Assembly: GCA_965238075.1 (NCBI GenBank)
Contig: OZ250173.1
Coordinates: forward strand, 1,952,001-2,016,000
DNA from: Candidatus Entotheonellaceae bacterium
GTDB lineage: Bacteria; Tectomicrobia; Entotheonellia; Entotheonellales; Entotheonellaceae
Length of the DNA stretch: 64,000 nt
Reading direction: 5' to 3'
In this document: positions 19,074 through 28,916 of the stretch, piece by piece
How the letters are laid out: every line of letters begins with the position of its first letter
Position numbering within the stretch: the first letter of the stretch is position 1
The notes under the pieces: generated by a model
Told to the model about the DNA's origin: nothing
Seen by the model: only the letters and a program-made list of their open reading frames with translations
Database searches by the model: none
Program-made: the position numbers and the translations under genes

Positions 19074-21119
19074 ATGACGACGCAGCACGCCTCCGCTTCC
19101 CTCCGCCGCCGGCGCAACATCGGCATTATTTCGCATATCGACGCCGGCAAGACGACCGTGACGGAACGCATCCTCTATTACACGGGCCTGACGCACAAGC
19201 TCGGCGAGGTGCATGACGGGCAGGCGGTGATGGATTGGATGCAACAGGAGCGCGAACGCGGCATCACGATCAGCGCGGCGGCGACGACGTGCGACTGGCG
19301 GCGGCACCAGATCACCATCATCGACACGCCCGGGCACGTCGATTTCACCATCGAGGTGGAGCGTTCGCTGCGTGTTCTGGATGGGGCGGTGGCGATCTTC
19401 GCGGCGGTGGAAGGGGTGCAGCCGCAATCCGAATCGGTGTGGTATCAGGCGGACCGTTATCGGGTGCCGCGTTTGGCGTTCATCAACAAAATGGACCGGC
19501 TGGGAGCGGATTACGAGCGCGTGCTGCAGGATATCCGGGATACTCTGGGCGCCTCGCCGCTGCTGCTGCAACTGCCCCTGGGAACGGAAGAGCACTTTCA
19601 GGGGATCATCGACCTGGTTGACATGCAATGCGTGACCTGGCATGCCGACGATGCCGGAATGACGCCGGAGACGGGCGCCATTCCGCCGCAATTTGAGGCG
19701 GCGGCACAGGCGCAGCGGACCGCCTTGCTGGAAACGGTGGCCGAGCACGATGACGACTTGCTGGAACGGTACCTGGCCGGTGAGCCGCTGGACGCCGAAG
19801 CGATTCGCAACGCGGTGCGGAGGAGCACCCTATCCGGTGCCCTCGTGCCGGTGCTCTTGGGCTCCGGGCTGCACAACAAGGGCATCCAGCCGCTTCTGGA
19901 CGCCATCGTGTGGTATTTGCCGTCGCCTGTTGACGTGCCGTCGATTGCCGGCGTCGAGCCGGCGTCGGAAACCACCGTCGAACGCCATAACGACCCGAAC
20001 GAACCGCTGGCGGCGCTTGCCTTCAAGGTCTCGCTGGACCAGGGCCGCCGACTCACTTATCTGCGGCTCTACGCCGGCTGCCTCGAGGCCGGCACGCAGA
20101 TCTACAATCCCAGAACCGGCACAAACGAGCGGGTGGCGCGTCTGCTGCGCATGCATGCGAACAAACGCCAGCGCCTGGACCGAGCGCAGGCCGGGGACAT
20201 CGTGGCCGCCACCGGGTTGAAGGACGCGACGACCGGCGACACCCTGTGCGACCCCGCGCATCCTATCCGCTTCGAGGCCATCGTCTGCCCGGAACCGGTG
20301 ATCAATCTGGCCGTGGAACCGATGACCAACGCTGAGCAGGACAAGTTGCAGTTCGCCCTTGAGAAGCTTGTTGCTGAGGACCCGACCCTGCAGGTGCAGT
20401 TCGATGAGGAGCGGGGACACACTATTTTGTCGGGCATGGGTGAGTTGCACCTGGAGGTGCTCATCCGCCGTCTGTCAGATGAATTTCAGTTGAACGTCAG
20501 TGTGGGGAAACCGCAGGTCGTCTATCGCGAGACCATTCAGGGCGAGGCGGAATGTTCGGAGGCCTTCGACAGGGAAATTGCCGGCAAGCGCCAGTTTGCC
20601 GAGGTTACGCTGGCCGTCGCGCCCGCTGCTTCCGGTGCCGGCCTTGAATTTGCCGGTACGTTGTCGGAAGACGCCGACGCGCCCGCGGAGATGATTGGCG
20701 CCGTGCGGCAGGGCGTTCTTGACGCCGCGTCGTCAGGGGTGATGCAAGGCTATCCGGTGGTCGACGTGCGCGTTGAACCGCGCCGCCTGGTCTGCCGGGT
20801 CGACAGCACCCCGCTGGCCTTTCAGGTCGCCGCCGGACAAGCCTTTCACCGTGCTTTGGAAGCGGCGCAACCCGTCCTGCTCGAGCCGGTGATGAGCCTC
20901 GAAATTCTGATTCCCGAGGCGTTTGTCGGCAGCGTCATCAGCGGTCTGCAGAGCCGCCGCGGCGTTGTCGAAGGCATCGAAAGCCAGGGTCTTCAGCACG
21001 TGCTGCGCGCCCTCGTTCCGCTTGCCGAAACCTTCGGCTACACGACGGATCTGCGTTCCGCCAGCCAAGGCCGCGGCACCTTCAGCATGCAGTTTGCGCA
21101 CTACGCGCCGGCGCCGTAA
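19074..21119 (+). CDS. fusA: Elongation factor G paralogue (stand-alone, EF-G2-like)
   Basis: HIDAGKTT, ERERGITI, DTPGHVDF, NKMD and GMGELHL motifs; not in an str operon. Confidence 0.92.
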   Translation: MTTQHASASLRRRRNIGIISHIDAGKTTVTERILYYTGLTHKLGEVHDGQAVMDWMQQERERGITISAAATTCDWRRHQITIIDTPGHVDFTIEVERSLRVLDGAVAIFAAVEGVQPQSESVWYQADRYRVPRLAFINKMDRLGADYERVLQDIRDTLGASPLLLQLPLGTEEHFQGIIDLVDMQCVTWHADDAGMTPETGAIPPQFEAAAQAQRTALLETVAEHDDDLLERYLAGEPLDAEAIRNAVRRSTLSGALVPVLLGSGLHNKGIQPLLDAIVWYLPSPVDVPSIAGVEPASETTVERHNDPNEPLAALAFKVSLDQGRRLTYLRLYAGCLEAGTQIYNPRTGTNERVARLLRMHANKRQRLDRAQAGDIVAATGLKDATTGDTLCDPAHPIRFEAIVCPEPVINLAVEPMTNAEQDKLQFALEKLVAEDPTLQVQFDEERGHTILSGMGELHLEVLIRRLSDEFQLNVSVGKPQVVYRETIQGEAECSEAFDREIAGKRQFAEVTLAVAPAASGAGLEFAGTLSEDADAPAEMIGAVRQGVLDAASSGVMQGYPVVDVRVEPRRLVCRVDSTPLAFQVAAGQAFHRALEAAQPVLLEPVMSLEILIPEAFVGSVISGLQSRRGVVEGIESQGLQHVLRALVPLAETFGYTTDLRSASQGRGTFSMQFAHYAPAP

Positions 21120-21706
21120 CCCGTCGACCGCAGCAGGGCCATCGTCCGCTCCAACGGCAGGCCCACGACATTGTTGTAGCACCCTTCCAAAGCCGCCACG
21201 AATTGTCCGCCGATACCTTGAACGGCGTAGGCGCCAGCCTTGTCGAACGGCTCCCCCGTGGCGATATACGCTTCAATATCCGCGGCGTGCAAGGTGTGAA
21301 AACGTACCCGCGTGCTCACGACGTCGTACTGCGTCATGCCTCGGTTATGGTGCACGACGGCGATGCCGGTCATCACCGTGTGCTCACGCCCGCTGAGGCG
21401 GCTCAGCATGTCGCGCGCCGCGGCGGCGTCGGCCGGCTTGCCGAGGATGTGCTGGTCGAGGACGACAACGGTATCCGCGCCCAGCACCCAGGCAGAGGGG
21501 AATTGCTCAGCCAGTTGTTCGGCCTTCGTCCGGGCCAGACGTACGACATAGGCTTCGGGCGGCTCCGCGGCGTGGTGTCGTTCGTCGATATGTGCCGGCA
21601 TGACGCTGAACGGCAGCTCAAGCGCTGTCAGGAGTTCACGTCGTCGTGGGGAAGCCGAGGCGAGGATCAGGGTGGGGCAAGGGCTGACGTCCGTATCCGA
21701 GGCCAT
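21101..21706 (-). CDS. maf: Maf family nucleoside triphosphate pyrophosphatase
   Basis: LILASASPRRRELL, GADTVV, DKAGAY and NVVGLP motifs. Confidence 0.95.
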   Translation of the reverse strand: MASDTDVSPCPTLILASASPRRRELLTALELPFSVMPAHIDERHHAAEPPEAYVVRLARTKAEQLAEQFPSAWVLGADTVVVLDQHILGKPADAAAARDMLSRLSGREHTVMTGIAVVHHNRGMTQYDVVSTRVRFHTLHAADIEAYIATGEPFDKAGAYAVQGIGGQFVAALEGCYNNVVGLPLERTMALLRSTGYGAGA

Positions 21707-21723
21707 GGTCGTCCGGTCTGCCG

Positions 21724-22683
21724 TTATACGTCGCGGGTGGTGACGTAATCCGCGATGGCGTACAGCGTGTCCATGGCTGTGCAGGGTGCGAAGGATTCGA
21801 TCTGTTGCTTGGCCTGATCGACGTGTTCCTGCGCCTTGGCAAGGGTGGATTTCAGGGTGTCGTACTTGTGCAGGAGGGCGGTTACCTGCCGCGGGACTGC
21901 CTCGTCGTCGGACCCATTATTTACGTAATCGGTAACGAACTGAGACTCCTCGGGGCTGGCTTGTTGCAGCAACGAAATGATCGGCAGGGTGATCTTGCCC
22001 TCTTTGAGGTCGTTGTGCACCGGCTTGCCGAGCTTGTCGGCGGGGGCGACGAAATCCAGCGTGTCGTCGGTCATTTGGAAAGCCATCCCCAGGTGGTGCC
22101 CGAACGCCTCGACTTTGGCGCGTCGCTGCGGTGAGATGCCGCCGATGATCGCCCCGATTTTGCAACTTGCCGCAAACAGCGAGGCCGTTTTGAGAGCGAT
22201 AATGCGGTAATACTCCGCCTCGCTGATGCCCAGGTCGCGCTGCTTCAGTGTTTCGATCACTTGCCCCTTGGCCATCTCGACGGTCACGTCGGACACTGTT
22301 TCCATAACCAGATGGTCCTTGTCGGCCAGGGCCAGCGACATCGCCTTGGCGTAGAGGTAATCGCCGATCAGGATGGAGATTTCGTTGCCCCAAAGCGAGT
22401 GCACCGTGGGATTGCCGCGCCGCAACTCGGCGTGGTCCATGACGTCGTCGTGCAACAGGGTGGCGGTGTGGATGAACTCAATGACGGTGCTGAGGTCATA
22501 CATGCGCGGACCGGCGTAACTGCACAGGCGAGCCGACAGGATGAGCAGTGCCGGGCGGATGCGCTTGCCGCCGCTGGACAGGACGTATTGCGCGGTCTCT
22601 GAGATGAAGGGAACGTCGGAATCCAGATGCTTGGCGATGGCCGTTTCAACCCGCTGCAAGTCGGCTTCGACGAAGCGCCGCAT
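21724..22683 (-). CDS. Polyprenyl diphosphate synthase (IspB/HepT-like)
   Basis: GGKRIRP, LLHDDVMD (DDxxD) and FQMTDDTLD motifs. Confidence 0.92.
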   Translation of the reverse strand: MRRFVEADLQRVETAIAKHLDSDVPFISETAQYVLSSGGKRIRPALLILSARLCSYAGPRMYDLSTVIEFIHTATLLHDDVMDHAELRRGNPTVHSLWGNEISILIGDYLYAKAMSLALADKDHLVMETVSDVTVEMAKGQVIETLKQRDLGISEAEYYRIIALKTASLFAASCKIGAIIGGISPQRRAKVEAFGHHLGMAFQMTDDTLDFVAPADKLGKPVHNDLKEGKITLPIISLLQQASPEESQFVTDYVNNGSDDEAVPRQVTALLHKYDTLKSTLAKAQEHVDQAKQQIESFAPCTAMDTLYAIADYVTTRDV

Positions 22684-22910
22684 TTCCTTATATAGCATGA
22701 TATAGCACGAGCTCCACACTTTTCAGCACGGGGATGGGGGGATTTGCAGAGGGGCCAACTCTAGAAGTATCTGCCCTTGGTGTCAAGCCGCCGGCCCGCC
22801 TCAGGATCACGGTGGGTATGGTATACTGGCCACCCTCAATTCAATTGCCAAAACAGCCCGCGGCGGCCCCCCGTGGCGGGCTGAAAACAACACACGCTGG
22901 TGGACAAGTC

Positions 22911-24443
22911 ATGGTGTTGGCCAAGGTGCTCAGCAGCACCCTGTTGGGCGTTGACGCCCATCGCGTTGAGGTGGAGGTCGACCTGGCCAACGGCCTGCCG
23001 ATGTTTACCACGGTGGGGCTGCCCGACGCCTCGGTGCGCGAGAGCCGCGACCGCGTTAAGGCGGCCATGGCCAACTGCGGCTTTCCCTTCCCGCTGCGGC
23101 GCATCACCGTGAATCTGGCCCCGGCGCATCTGCGCAAGGCGGGCACGGCCTTTGACCTGCCGATTGCCCTGGGTGTGCTGCAGGCGGCAGGGTACATCCA
23201 GTCCGGGATGCTCTCTCGCTATCAGGTTGTCGGCGAGTTGTCGCTTGATGGTCGCGTCAAGGCCATCGCTGGCGCCCTGCCGATGGCGGTCGGGGCGCTG
23301 GAATCGGGTGTGGACGGCATGGTGGTGCCGCTTGAGAACGCCGCCGAGGCGGCGGTGGTCGAAGCCGTGCCGGTGTTCGGGGTCGAGACTCTGGCGCAGG
23401 CGATCGGTTTCTTCAACGGTACCGAGTCCCTGTCCCGCACGGTCAGCGACGTCAACGCTTTGTTCGAGGACAAGGCGGTTTATGCGGAGGACTTGGCCGA
23501 CGTCAAAGGCCAGCAGCACGTCAAGCGCGCCCTGGAAGTCGCCGCTGCCGGTGCCCACAACATGCTGTTGATCGGCCCGCCCGGCTCCGGCAAATCGTTG
23601 ATGGCGCGCCGCCTGCCCTCCATCCTGCCCGACATGGAACTGACGGAGGCGATCGAAACGTCGAAGATCCACAGCATCGCCGGCCTGCTGCGCCGCGACC
23701 AGGCCCTCGTCGCCACGCGTCCCTTCCGTTCCCCCCACCACTCGACATCCGATGCGGGGCTGATCGGCGGCGGCACGATTCCGGGGCCGGGAGAGGTCAG
23801 CCTCGCGCACAACGGCGTGCTGTTCCTTGATGAGCTGCCCGAATTTCGCCGCAGCGTGCTGGAGGTGTTGCGGCAGCCGCTGGAAGACGCGCAGGTGACC
23901 ATCGCCCGCGCCTCCATGTCCCTGACGTTCCCGGCCCGCTTCATGCTGGCGGCGGCGATGAATCCTTGCCCATGCGGCTACAGCACCGACCCGCAGCGTG
24001 CCTGCCACTGCTCGGCGCAGCAGCTGCAACGTTACACCAGCCGAATTTCCGGCCCCCTCCTGGACCGGATTGACATCCATATCGAGGTGCCGCCCGTGCG
24101 CTATGCCGACCTGGCTTCTTCCGCCGCCGCCGAACCTTCGGCCGCCGTGCGAGCGCGGGTGAACACCGCCCGGCAGCGTCAGCGGGCTCGGTTCGCCGGC
24201 ACTGACATTCCTCACAACGCCGCGATGGGCGTCCGCAACATCCGGCAATACTGCAAGCTCGACGCGGCCGGCGAACGCCTGCTCGAACAGGCGATGCACC
24301 GCTTCGGCCTCAGCGCCAGGGCCCACGACCGCATCCGCAAAGTGGCTCGCACCATCGCCGACCTCGCCGGTGCCGATGCCATCGGCATCGAGCATCTCTC
24401 GGAAGCCGTCCAGTACCGCACCCTTGACCGCCAATCGGGCTGA
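22911..24443 (+). CDS. comM: YifB/ComM family Mg-chelatase-like AAA ATPase
   Basis: VGLPDASVRESRDRV, GPPGSGKS, RPFRSPHH, LFLDELPEF and MNPCPCG motifs. Confidence 0.93.
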   Translation: MVLAKVLSSTLLGVDAHRVEVEVDLANGLPMFTTVGLPDASVRESRDRVKAAMANCGFPFPLRRITVNLAPAHLRKAGTAFDLPIALGVLQAAGYIQSGMLSRYQVVGELSLDGRVKAIAGALPMAVGALESGVDGMVVPLENAAEAAVVEAVPVFGVETLAQAIGFFNGTESLSRTVSDVNALFEDKAVYAEDLADVKGQQHVKRALEVAAAGAHNMLLIGPPGSGKSLMARRLPSILPDMELTEAIETSKIHSIAGLLRRDQALVATRPFRSPHHSTSDAGLIGGGTIPGPGEVSLAHNGVLFLDELPEFRRSVLEVLRQPLEDAQVTIARASMSLTFPARFMLAAAMNPCPCGYSTDPQRACHCSAQQLQRYTSRISGPLLDRIDIHIEVPPVRYADLASSAAAEPSAAVRARVNTARQRQRARFAGTDIPHNAAMGVRNIRQYCKLDAAGERLLEQAMHRFGLSARAHDRIRKVARTIADLAGADAIGIEHLSEAVQYRTLDRQSG

Positions 24444-24595
24444 TCGTGCCCCGATTCAGCCTTCCTTTGCCAGTCGCCCCGATGCCTCCGGCCCGAGGAG
24501 AAACGCCCATGCAGTTCTGCTATACTGTCGCCTCGCCGCACGCCTGAGAGGTATGCGGCATCTTCTCTACCTTTCTCTGAAGATTTGAGGTGCCT

Positions 24596-24886
24596 ATGTT
24601 TGGCATTGGGTTGCCGGAGCTTATTCTGATTTTGGTCTTGGCGCTGCTGGTTTTGGGACCCCAACGTCTGCCAGAGGCCGCCCGCATGCTGGGGCGTGGC
24701 TATGCCTATCTGCGGCAGGCTAGTGAGGAGTTCCAGAACACCATCAAGCAGGACGTTGCGGCCATGGACCGCCAGGAAGACGCGCAGCAGAACAAGGCAG
24801 TCGCTCAAGAAATACGGGAACGCTTTGCCACCGTCCCGGAGGCGCAGACAACCATCAGCCTGACGGAGCAGCCCCAGGATGGTTGA
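24596..24886 (+). CDS. tatB: Twin-arginine translocase TatB/TatA subunit
   Basis: MFGIGLPELILILVLALLVLGPQRLP; lies upstream of tatC. Confidence 0.88.
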   Translation: MFGIGLPELILILVLALLVLGPQRLPEAARMLGRGYAYLRQASEEFQNTIKQDVAAMDRQEDAQQNKAVAQEIRERFATVPEAQTTISLTEQPQDG

Positions 24887-25634
24887 TACCCCCATGCCGT
24901 TGACGGCACACCTTACGGAGTTGCGGACGCGGCTCTTCTGGAGTGTGGCCGCCCTTACCGTTGGTTTTCTGATCTGTTACGGATTCTCCGATTTTATTGT
25001 CGCGGCAGTGCAGTTCCCTTGGATGCCGATTGGCGAGGGCCTGCACGTGCCGCTGCAGATCATCGCCCCCGCCGAAGCCTTTCTCACGTACCTTAAAGTC
25101 GCCTTCTTCGCCGGGCTGTTCATCGTTTTGCCCGTCATCCTGCACCAGTTGTGGAAATTCGTGGCGCCGGGACTCCTGGAGCACGAGCGCAAGTACACGA
25201 TCCCCTTTCTGGTTGGCTCGACGACGCTGTTCTATGCGGGCGGCGCGTTGTTCTATCTCCTCCTGCCGTTTGTGGTGACCTTCCTCCTCAGCTTCGCCAG
25301 CGACGACATCACCGCGCACCTGTCGGTCGGCTATTACGTCTCCTTCTGCCTGCGGCTGATGATCGCCTTCGGGCTTGTCTTTCAACTGCCCGTCGTGGTG
25401 GTGTTTCTCACCCAGCTCGGTCTGGTCACTTCACGCGGCCTGATCCGGCATTTCCGTTACGCGGTGGTGCTGGCCTTTGTCCTCGCCGCGATTCTGACCC
25501 CGCCGGACCCGATTTCACAGAGCTTCATGGCGCTGCCGACGCTGTTGCTCTATAGCGCCAGCATCCTGGTCGCCAAGCGCATCGAGTCGCGCCGGGCGCG
25601 CGAAGCTGACGATGATGATGACGAGGAGGATTAG
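24879..25634 (+). CDS. tatC: Twin-arginine translocase TatC
   Basis: MPLTAHLTELRTRL, WKFVAPGL and AAILTPPD motifs. Confidence 0.95.
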   Translation: MVDTPMPLTAHLTELRTRLFWSVAALTVGFLICYGFSDFIVAAVQFPWMPIGEGLHVPLQIIAPAEAFLTYLKVAFFAGLFIVLPVILHQLWKFVAPGLLEHERKYTIPFLVGSTTLFYAGGALFYLLLPFVVTFLLSFASDDITAHLSVGYYVSFCLRLMIAFGLVFQLPVVVVFLTQLGLVTSRGLIRHFRYAVVLAFVLAAILTPPDPISQSFMALPTLLLYSASILVAKRIESRRAREADDDDDEED

Positions 25635-25646
25635 GGAGAACCGATC

Positions 25647-26324
25647 ATGGTGGAATCCATGCGCAATATAGACCTGGCAAGTATGAGCAATATCTTCAAG
25701 GAGCGATTTGACAGCCTAATTGAAGGACGCCTCTTCTTCACGATTGAGGAGCCTTTTGAGGACCTGTTGCGCCGCACCGAGGCGCTGCTGGAAGGGCACT
25801 TCGTCCTCACCTCCGGCCTGCACAGTTCGCGCTATATCCAATGCGCCCGCACGCTGCAACATCCGAAGTATGCCGAAGGGTTGGGGGGTTGTCTGGCGGA
25901 CACGTTCCAAGATCAGGCGGTGGATGCGGTCATCTCGCTGGCCGTGGGCGGCCTCATCATCGGGCACGAAACGGCGCGGGCGCTCGGCGTGCGGGCGCTC
26001 TTTGGCGAACGCGAGAACGGTGTGATGACCTTGCGACGGGGATTCGACCTGCAGCCGGCGGAGCGGGTGGTGATCGTCGAGGACGTCATCACCACCGGCG
26101 GTTCGGTGCGCGAGCTGATACGTCTGGTGCAGGAGTTGGAGGGGATTGTGCTGGGCGTCGGAGCCATTCTGGATCGCAGCGGCGGTCAGGTCGACCTGGG
26201 CGTACCGCTGAACGCCTTACTCACCCTGCAGGTACCTACCTATACGCCCGAGGCATGTCCCCTGTGCCAGCAGGGCAGCGCGCCGGTGAAGCCGGGGAGC
26301 CGGCAGCAGGGAGCGGGGGGCTAG
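25647..26324 (+). CDS. pyrE: Orotate phosphoribosyltransferase
   Basis: GHFVLTSGLHS, VEDVITTGGS PRPP motif, CPLC..KPGSR tail; start codon uncertain. Confidence 0.92.
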   Translation: MVESMRNIDLASMSNIFKERFDSLIEGRLFFTIEEPFEDLLRRTEALLEGHFVLTSGLHSSRYIQCARTLQHPKYAEGLGGCLADTFQDQAVDAVISLAVGGLIIGHETARALGVRALFGERENGVMTLRRGFDLQPAERVVIVEDVITTGGSVRELIRLVQELEGIVLGVGAILDRSGGQVDLGVPLNALLTLQVPTYTPEACPLCQQGSAPVKPGSRQQGAGG

Positions 26325-26436
26325 GGTTTCTGTGGACCTATAAACGGGTTTTGGTTTTTCGTTGAGCCACGCCGCCGGGGCCAAGCGCACTCCCATGTAC
26401 CAGTTGCCGTTGGTCTGCTGGTAAGGGACCTTCCGG

Positions 26437-27387
26437 CTATCGCGCTTCCCGCAAATGTACGTCGGCGGGATCCAAGCCGCAGTGTTCCAACAGCCGTTTG
26501 GTGTTTTGTCTGAGCTGGCGAGCGTTCAGATTCACGTTCACAAACAGCGGCGTCCCCTCGATGCTTTTGGATATTCCAAATGCCTTGCCGGTCGGGTGGG
26601 TCGGCTCAGTGTGTACGCTGTACACTTGCTTGGTCCATCCTATCGGTAGAGTTTCGACGGTGAGCTTCCTCTCTGTATAAAGCTTCTCGACAACACGGGT
26701 AAGTACCTCGTTCCAATAGGTCAATGTCCGTTCGCTTCCATCCCAGAATCGAATGGCCACTGGGTGCCGCTGGCCTGCTGGCGGATTGTATTCGGATAGC
26801 GCAACCCAATTGGACGACGCCGGTGGCGGCGTGGAGGTCTGCTCAACCTGAGCCGGTGTCGGCGCCAGCTGATGATCCTCAACCACTGGTGTGTTAGCCG
26901 CCACGGGTTGGCCAGACGCCAGGTTAGGTCGCCAGAGCAGTAGGAGGTTCAAGGCGCTTTCGTGGGCTGGAGCGTCGGCGATGGAGGCATCCAGGATCCG
27001 TCGCTCCTCCAAGGTTCCCCGCTTGAAAACGTCGTACAGTTCCCAATGGTTTCCATCGGTGATCCCAGCATATTCAATGCCGGACGCATTTGCGTAGTTG
27101 AGCATCTGCATCCAGTGAGAACCCAGCGGCTCGCCCAGCCTCTTGGCTTCCAGGGTGGCGGCCGGCATACCATCAGATCGCAATAGCGCGTAGTCCGCCG
27201 ATTTGTTCCCTACCTTGTACTCTGGCATCACCATCGCCGGGTCGGAAACGTCCCAGCCCAGGGCGCGCAGCAATGGGTCGATCAGCGCCACGCGCGTGCG
27301 TATTTCATTTTCTGCTAGATCAGTGCGATACGACTGCATACGTTCTTTCAGCACTTCAATGCAGCCCACCAAGTCATCAAGCCCCAT
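26437..27387 (-). CDS. HsdR_N-like PD-(D/E)XK nuclease with SeqA-like C-terminal domain
   Basis: NEIRTRVALIDPLLRALGWD, SADYAL...LEAK, QMLNY and ITDG motifs; Pro-rich linker; C-terminal SKSIEGTPLFVNVNLN. Confidence 0.75.
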   Translation of the reverse strand: MGLDDLVGCIEVLKERMQSYRTDLAENEIRTRVALIDPLLRALGWDVSDPAMVMPEYKVGNKSADYALLRSDGMPAATLEAKRLGEPLGSHWMQMLNYANASGIEYAGITDGNHWELYDVFKRGTLEERRILDASIADAPAHESALNLLLLWRPNLASGQPVAANTPVVEDHQLAPTPAQVEQTSTPPPASSNWVALSEYNPPAGQRHPVAIRFWDGSERTLTYWNEVLTRVVEKLYTERKLTVETLPIGWTKQVYSVHTEPTHPTGKAFGISKSIEGTPLFVNVNLNARQLRQNTKRLLEHCGLDPADVHLREAR

Positions 27388-27410
27388 TGCCTCCTCCCGT
27401 GGCGTGGCAC

Positions 27411-27824
27411 CTAAGCGTGACGTTGGACAACCGCAATTCCCATTGCCTCCGCCGCCTTGCGCAACCGATGGTCGAGTGTCGCCAAGGGCAGGCTGCGACG
27501 AAAGGCTACTTCCAAATACGCTGCGTCGTAGACGGTCAACTCAAACCGGCGCGCGAGGTCGAGGAGCAGCGATTCGTCGTGTTCGTCGTCAATTGAAAGG
27601 CCTAGGGCGAGACTGTCCGTCAGCGTGTCCGACACCTGTTGCGGAGAAATCCGGCCGCGGCGCTCGTTCATCAGCAGAGCGTTGCGTAACTCGTACCACC
27701 AGATGCGTGGCGTGACCCCACCCTCTTCGGCCACGTGCCGCATGGCGCTGATCGCCGTGGGTTCCTCTGCGTCCCCCATGCACCAGGCAAGGAAAACGGA
27801 ATTGTCGATGACGATGGGCGTCAA
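27411..27824 (-). CDS. vapC: Type II TA VapC (PIN) toxin
   Basis: IVIDNSV, WYELRNAL, LTVYDAAYL and LATLD motifs. Confidence 0.9.
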   Translation of the reverse strand: MTPIVIDNSVFLAWCMGDAEEPTAISAMRHVAEEGGVTPRIWWYELRNALLMNERRGRISPQQVSDTLTDSLALGLSIDDEHDESLLLDLARRFELTVYDAAYLEVAFRRSLPLATLDHRLRKAAEAMGIAVVQRHA

Positions 27825-28063
27825 TAGCGGTGCCCCTCGTGAATTGTGGCCATCAATTCCGCCAACGGCGCTTGCTTGAGGTAGCGCCGTCGCTCGACAA
27901 TGCGCGCGGCCGCTTGCTGCGCCCGTTCGCGATCGGCGGTCACGGGAATCAACTGGGCTACGGGTTTGCCGTGCCGCGTAATGGTCAGATGCTCGCCCCG
28001 CGCTACGCGTTCGAGTAGCTGGGACAGATGCGTCTTGGCTTCATAGGCCCCGATCATTTCCAT
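27821..28063 (-). CDS. Phd/YefM antitoxin
   Basis: IGAYEAKTHLSQLLERVARGEHLTITRHGKPVA; 4-nt overlap with vapC. Confidence 0.92.
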   Translation of the reverse strand: MEMIGAYEAKTHLSQLLERVARGEHLTITRHGKPVAQLIPVTADRERAQQAAARIVERRRYLKQAPLAELMATIHEGHRY

Positions 28064-28327
28064 TCTGCATCTCCAGATTCCAAATTAGACCAGATATTAC
28101 GACCAGTTTATATGAACAGAACAAACATTTCCATGGCGAACACGCATGAATTATTCCTGAAATAGGGCTCGATGTTTCCGCCAAAACACGGCGTTGCTTG
28201 GCTAGGGTAACGTTAAAGGCAGGACGGAATCTGGAGGAAGGTTCGGAAGGAGAGAGTTCCGCTTCAAGAGAGTTGTAATTCTTCCCTCCATTTGTGATGA
28301 GGCGGGCGGCACAGGATCAACAACCTC

Positions 28328-28717
28328 ATGGATTCGGCCCAAAATACCCACGTCGAATTTGAGCGCGTTTGCAAGAGCTACGACGGACGAGTCCAAGTCG
28401 TGCGTACCTGGACTTGACCGTGCGAGACGGGGAGTTTCTGACCTTGCTTGGTGCCTCCGGCTCGGGCAAGACGACCTGCCTGATGATGCTGGCCGGCTTT
28501 GAGGCGCCCACCTCGGGCACCATCCGCATCCGCGGCCGCTCGGTGCACGACCTGCCGCCGCGCCAGCGGGGTATCGGCGTGGTCTTCCAGAACTACGCGC
28601 TGTTTCCGTGAGCAGATCAGCCCGGCGATTCTGGCCGTGGCGATCTTGTTGATCGCTTTTTCTCTGCTGTTCATGCTGAGTGCGGAATGGCCGCGTCGAC
28701 GGGTGAGGGCGGATTAA
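28328..28717 (+). pseudogene. Decayed polyamine ABC transporter remnant (PotA-like N-terminus joined to PotC-like C-terminus)
   Basis: Frameshifted [13 protein letters not shown] / [23 protein letters not shown]...VFQNYALFP joins directly to [19 protein letters not shown]. Confidence 0.8.
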
Positions 28718-28916
28718 GGGGGTCTGTAAAGCGGGGTTTTCAACGTTCTTCGGTGGTTAGTTGCTAAGCTGGACCCTTCTTAAGGACAACAGCGGAGGCA
28801 GTCATAGTAACAGTAGGCATACCCGCACGTGCTGAAATCCGGACACGAACAGGCGTCTCTTCACCTTGTACCTCCCCATGACTCAGCCCCGTGAACCGGG
28901 ACCGCGGTGACGCAAC

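Noticed and set aside
26325-26436. Coding-like minus-strand stretch (KVPYQQTNGNWYMGVRLAPAAWLNE)
   Set aside because: Possibly a gene remnant, but too short to assign without a search.
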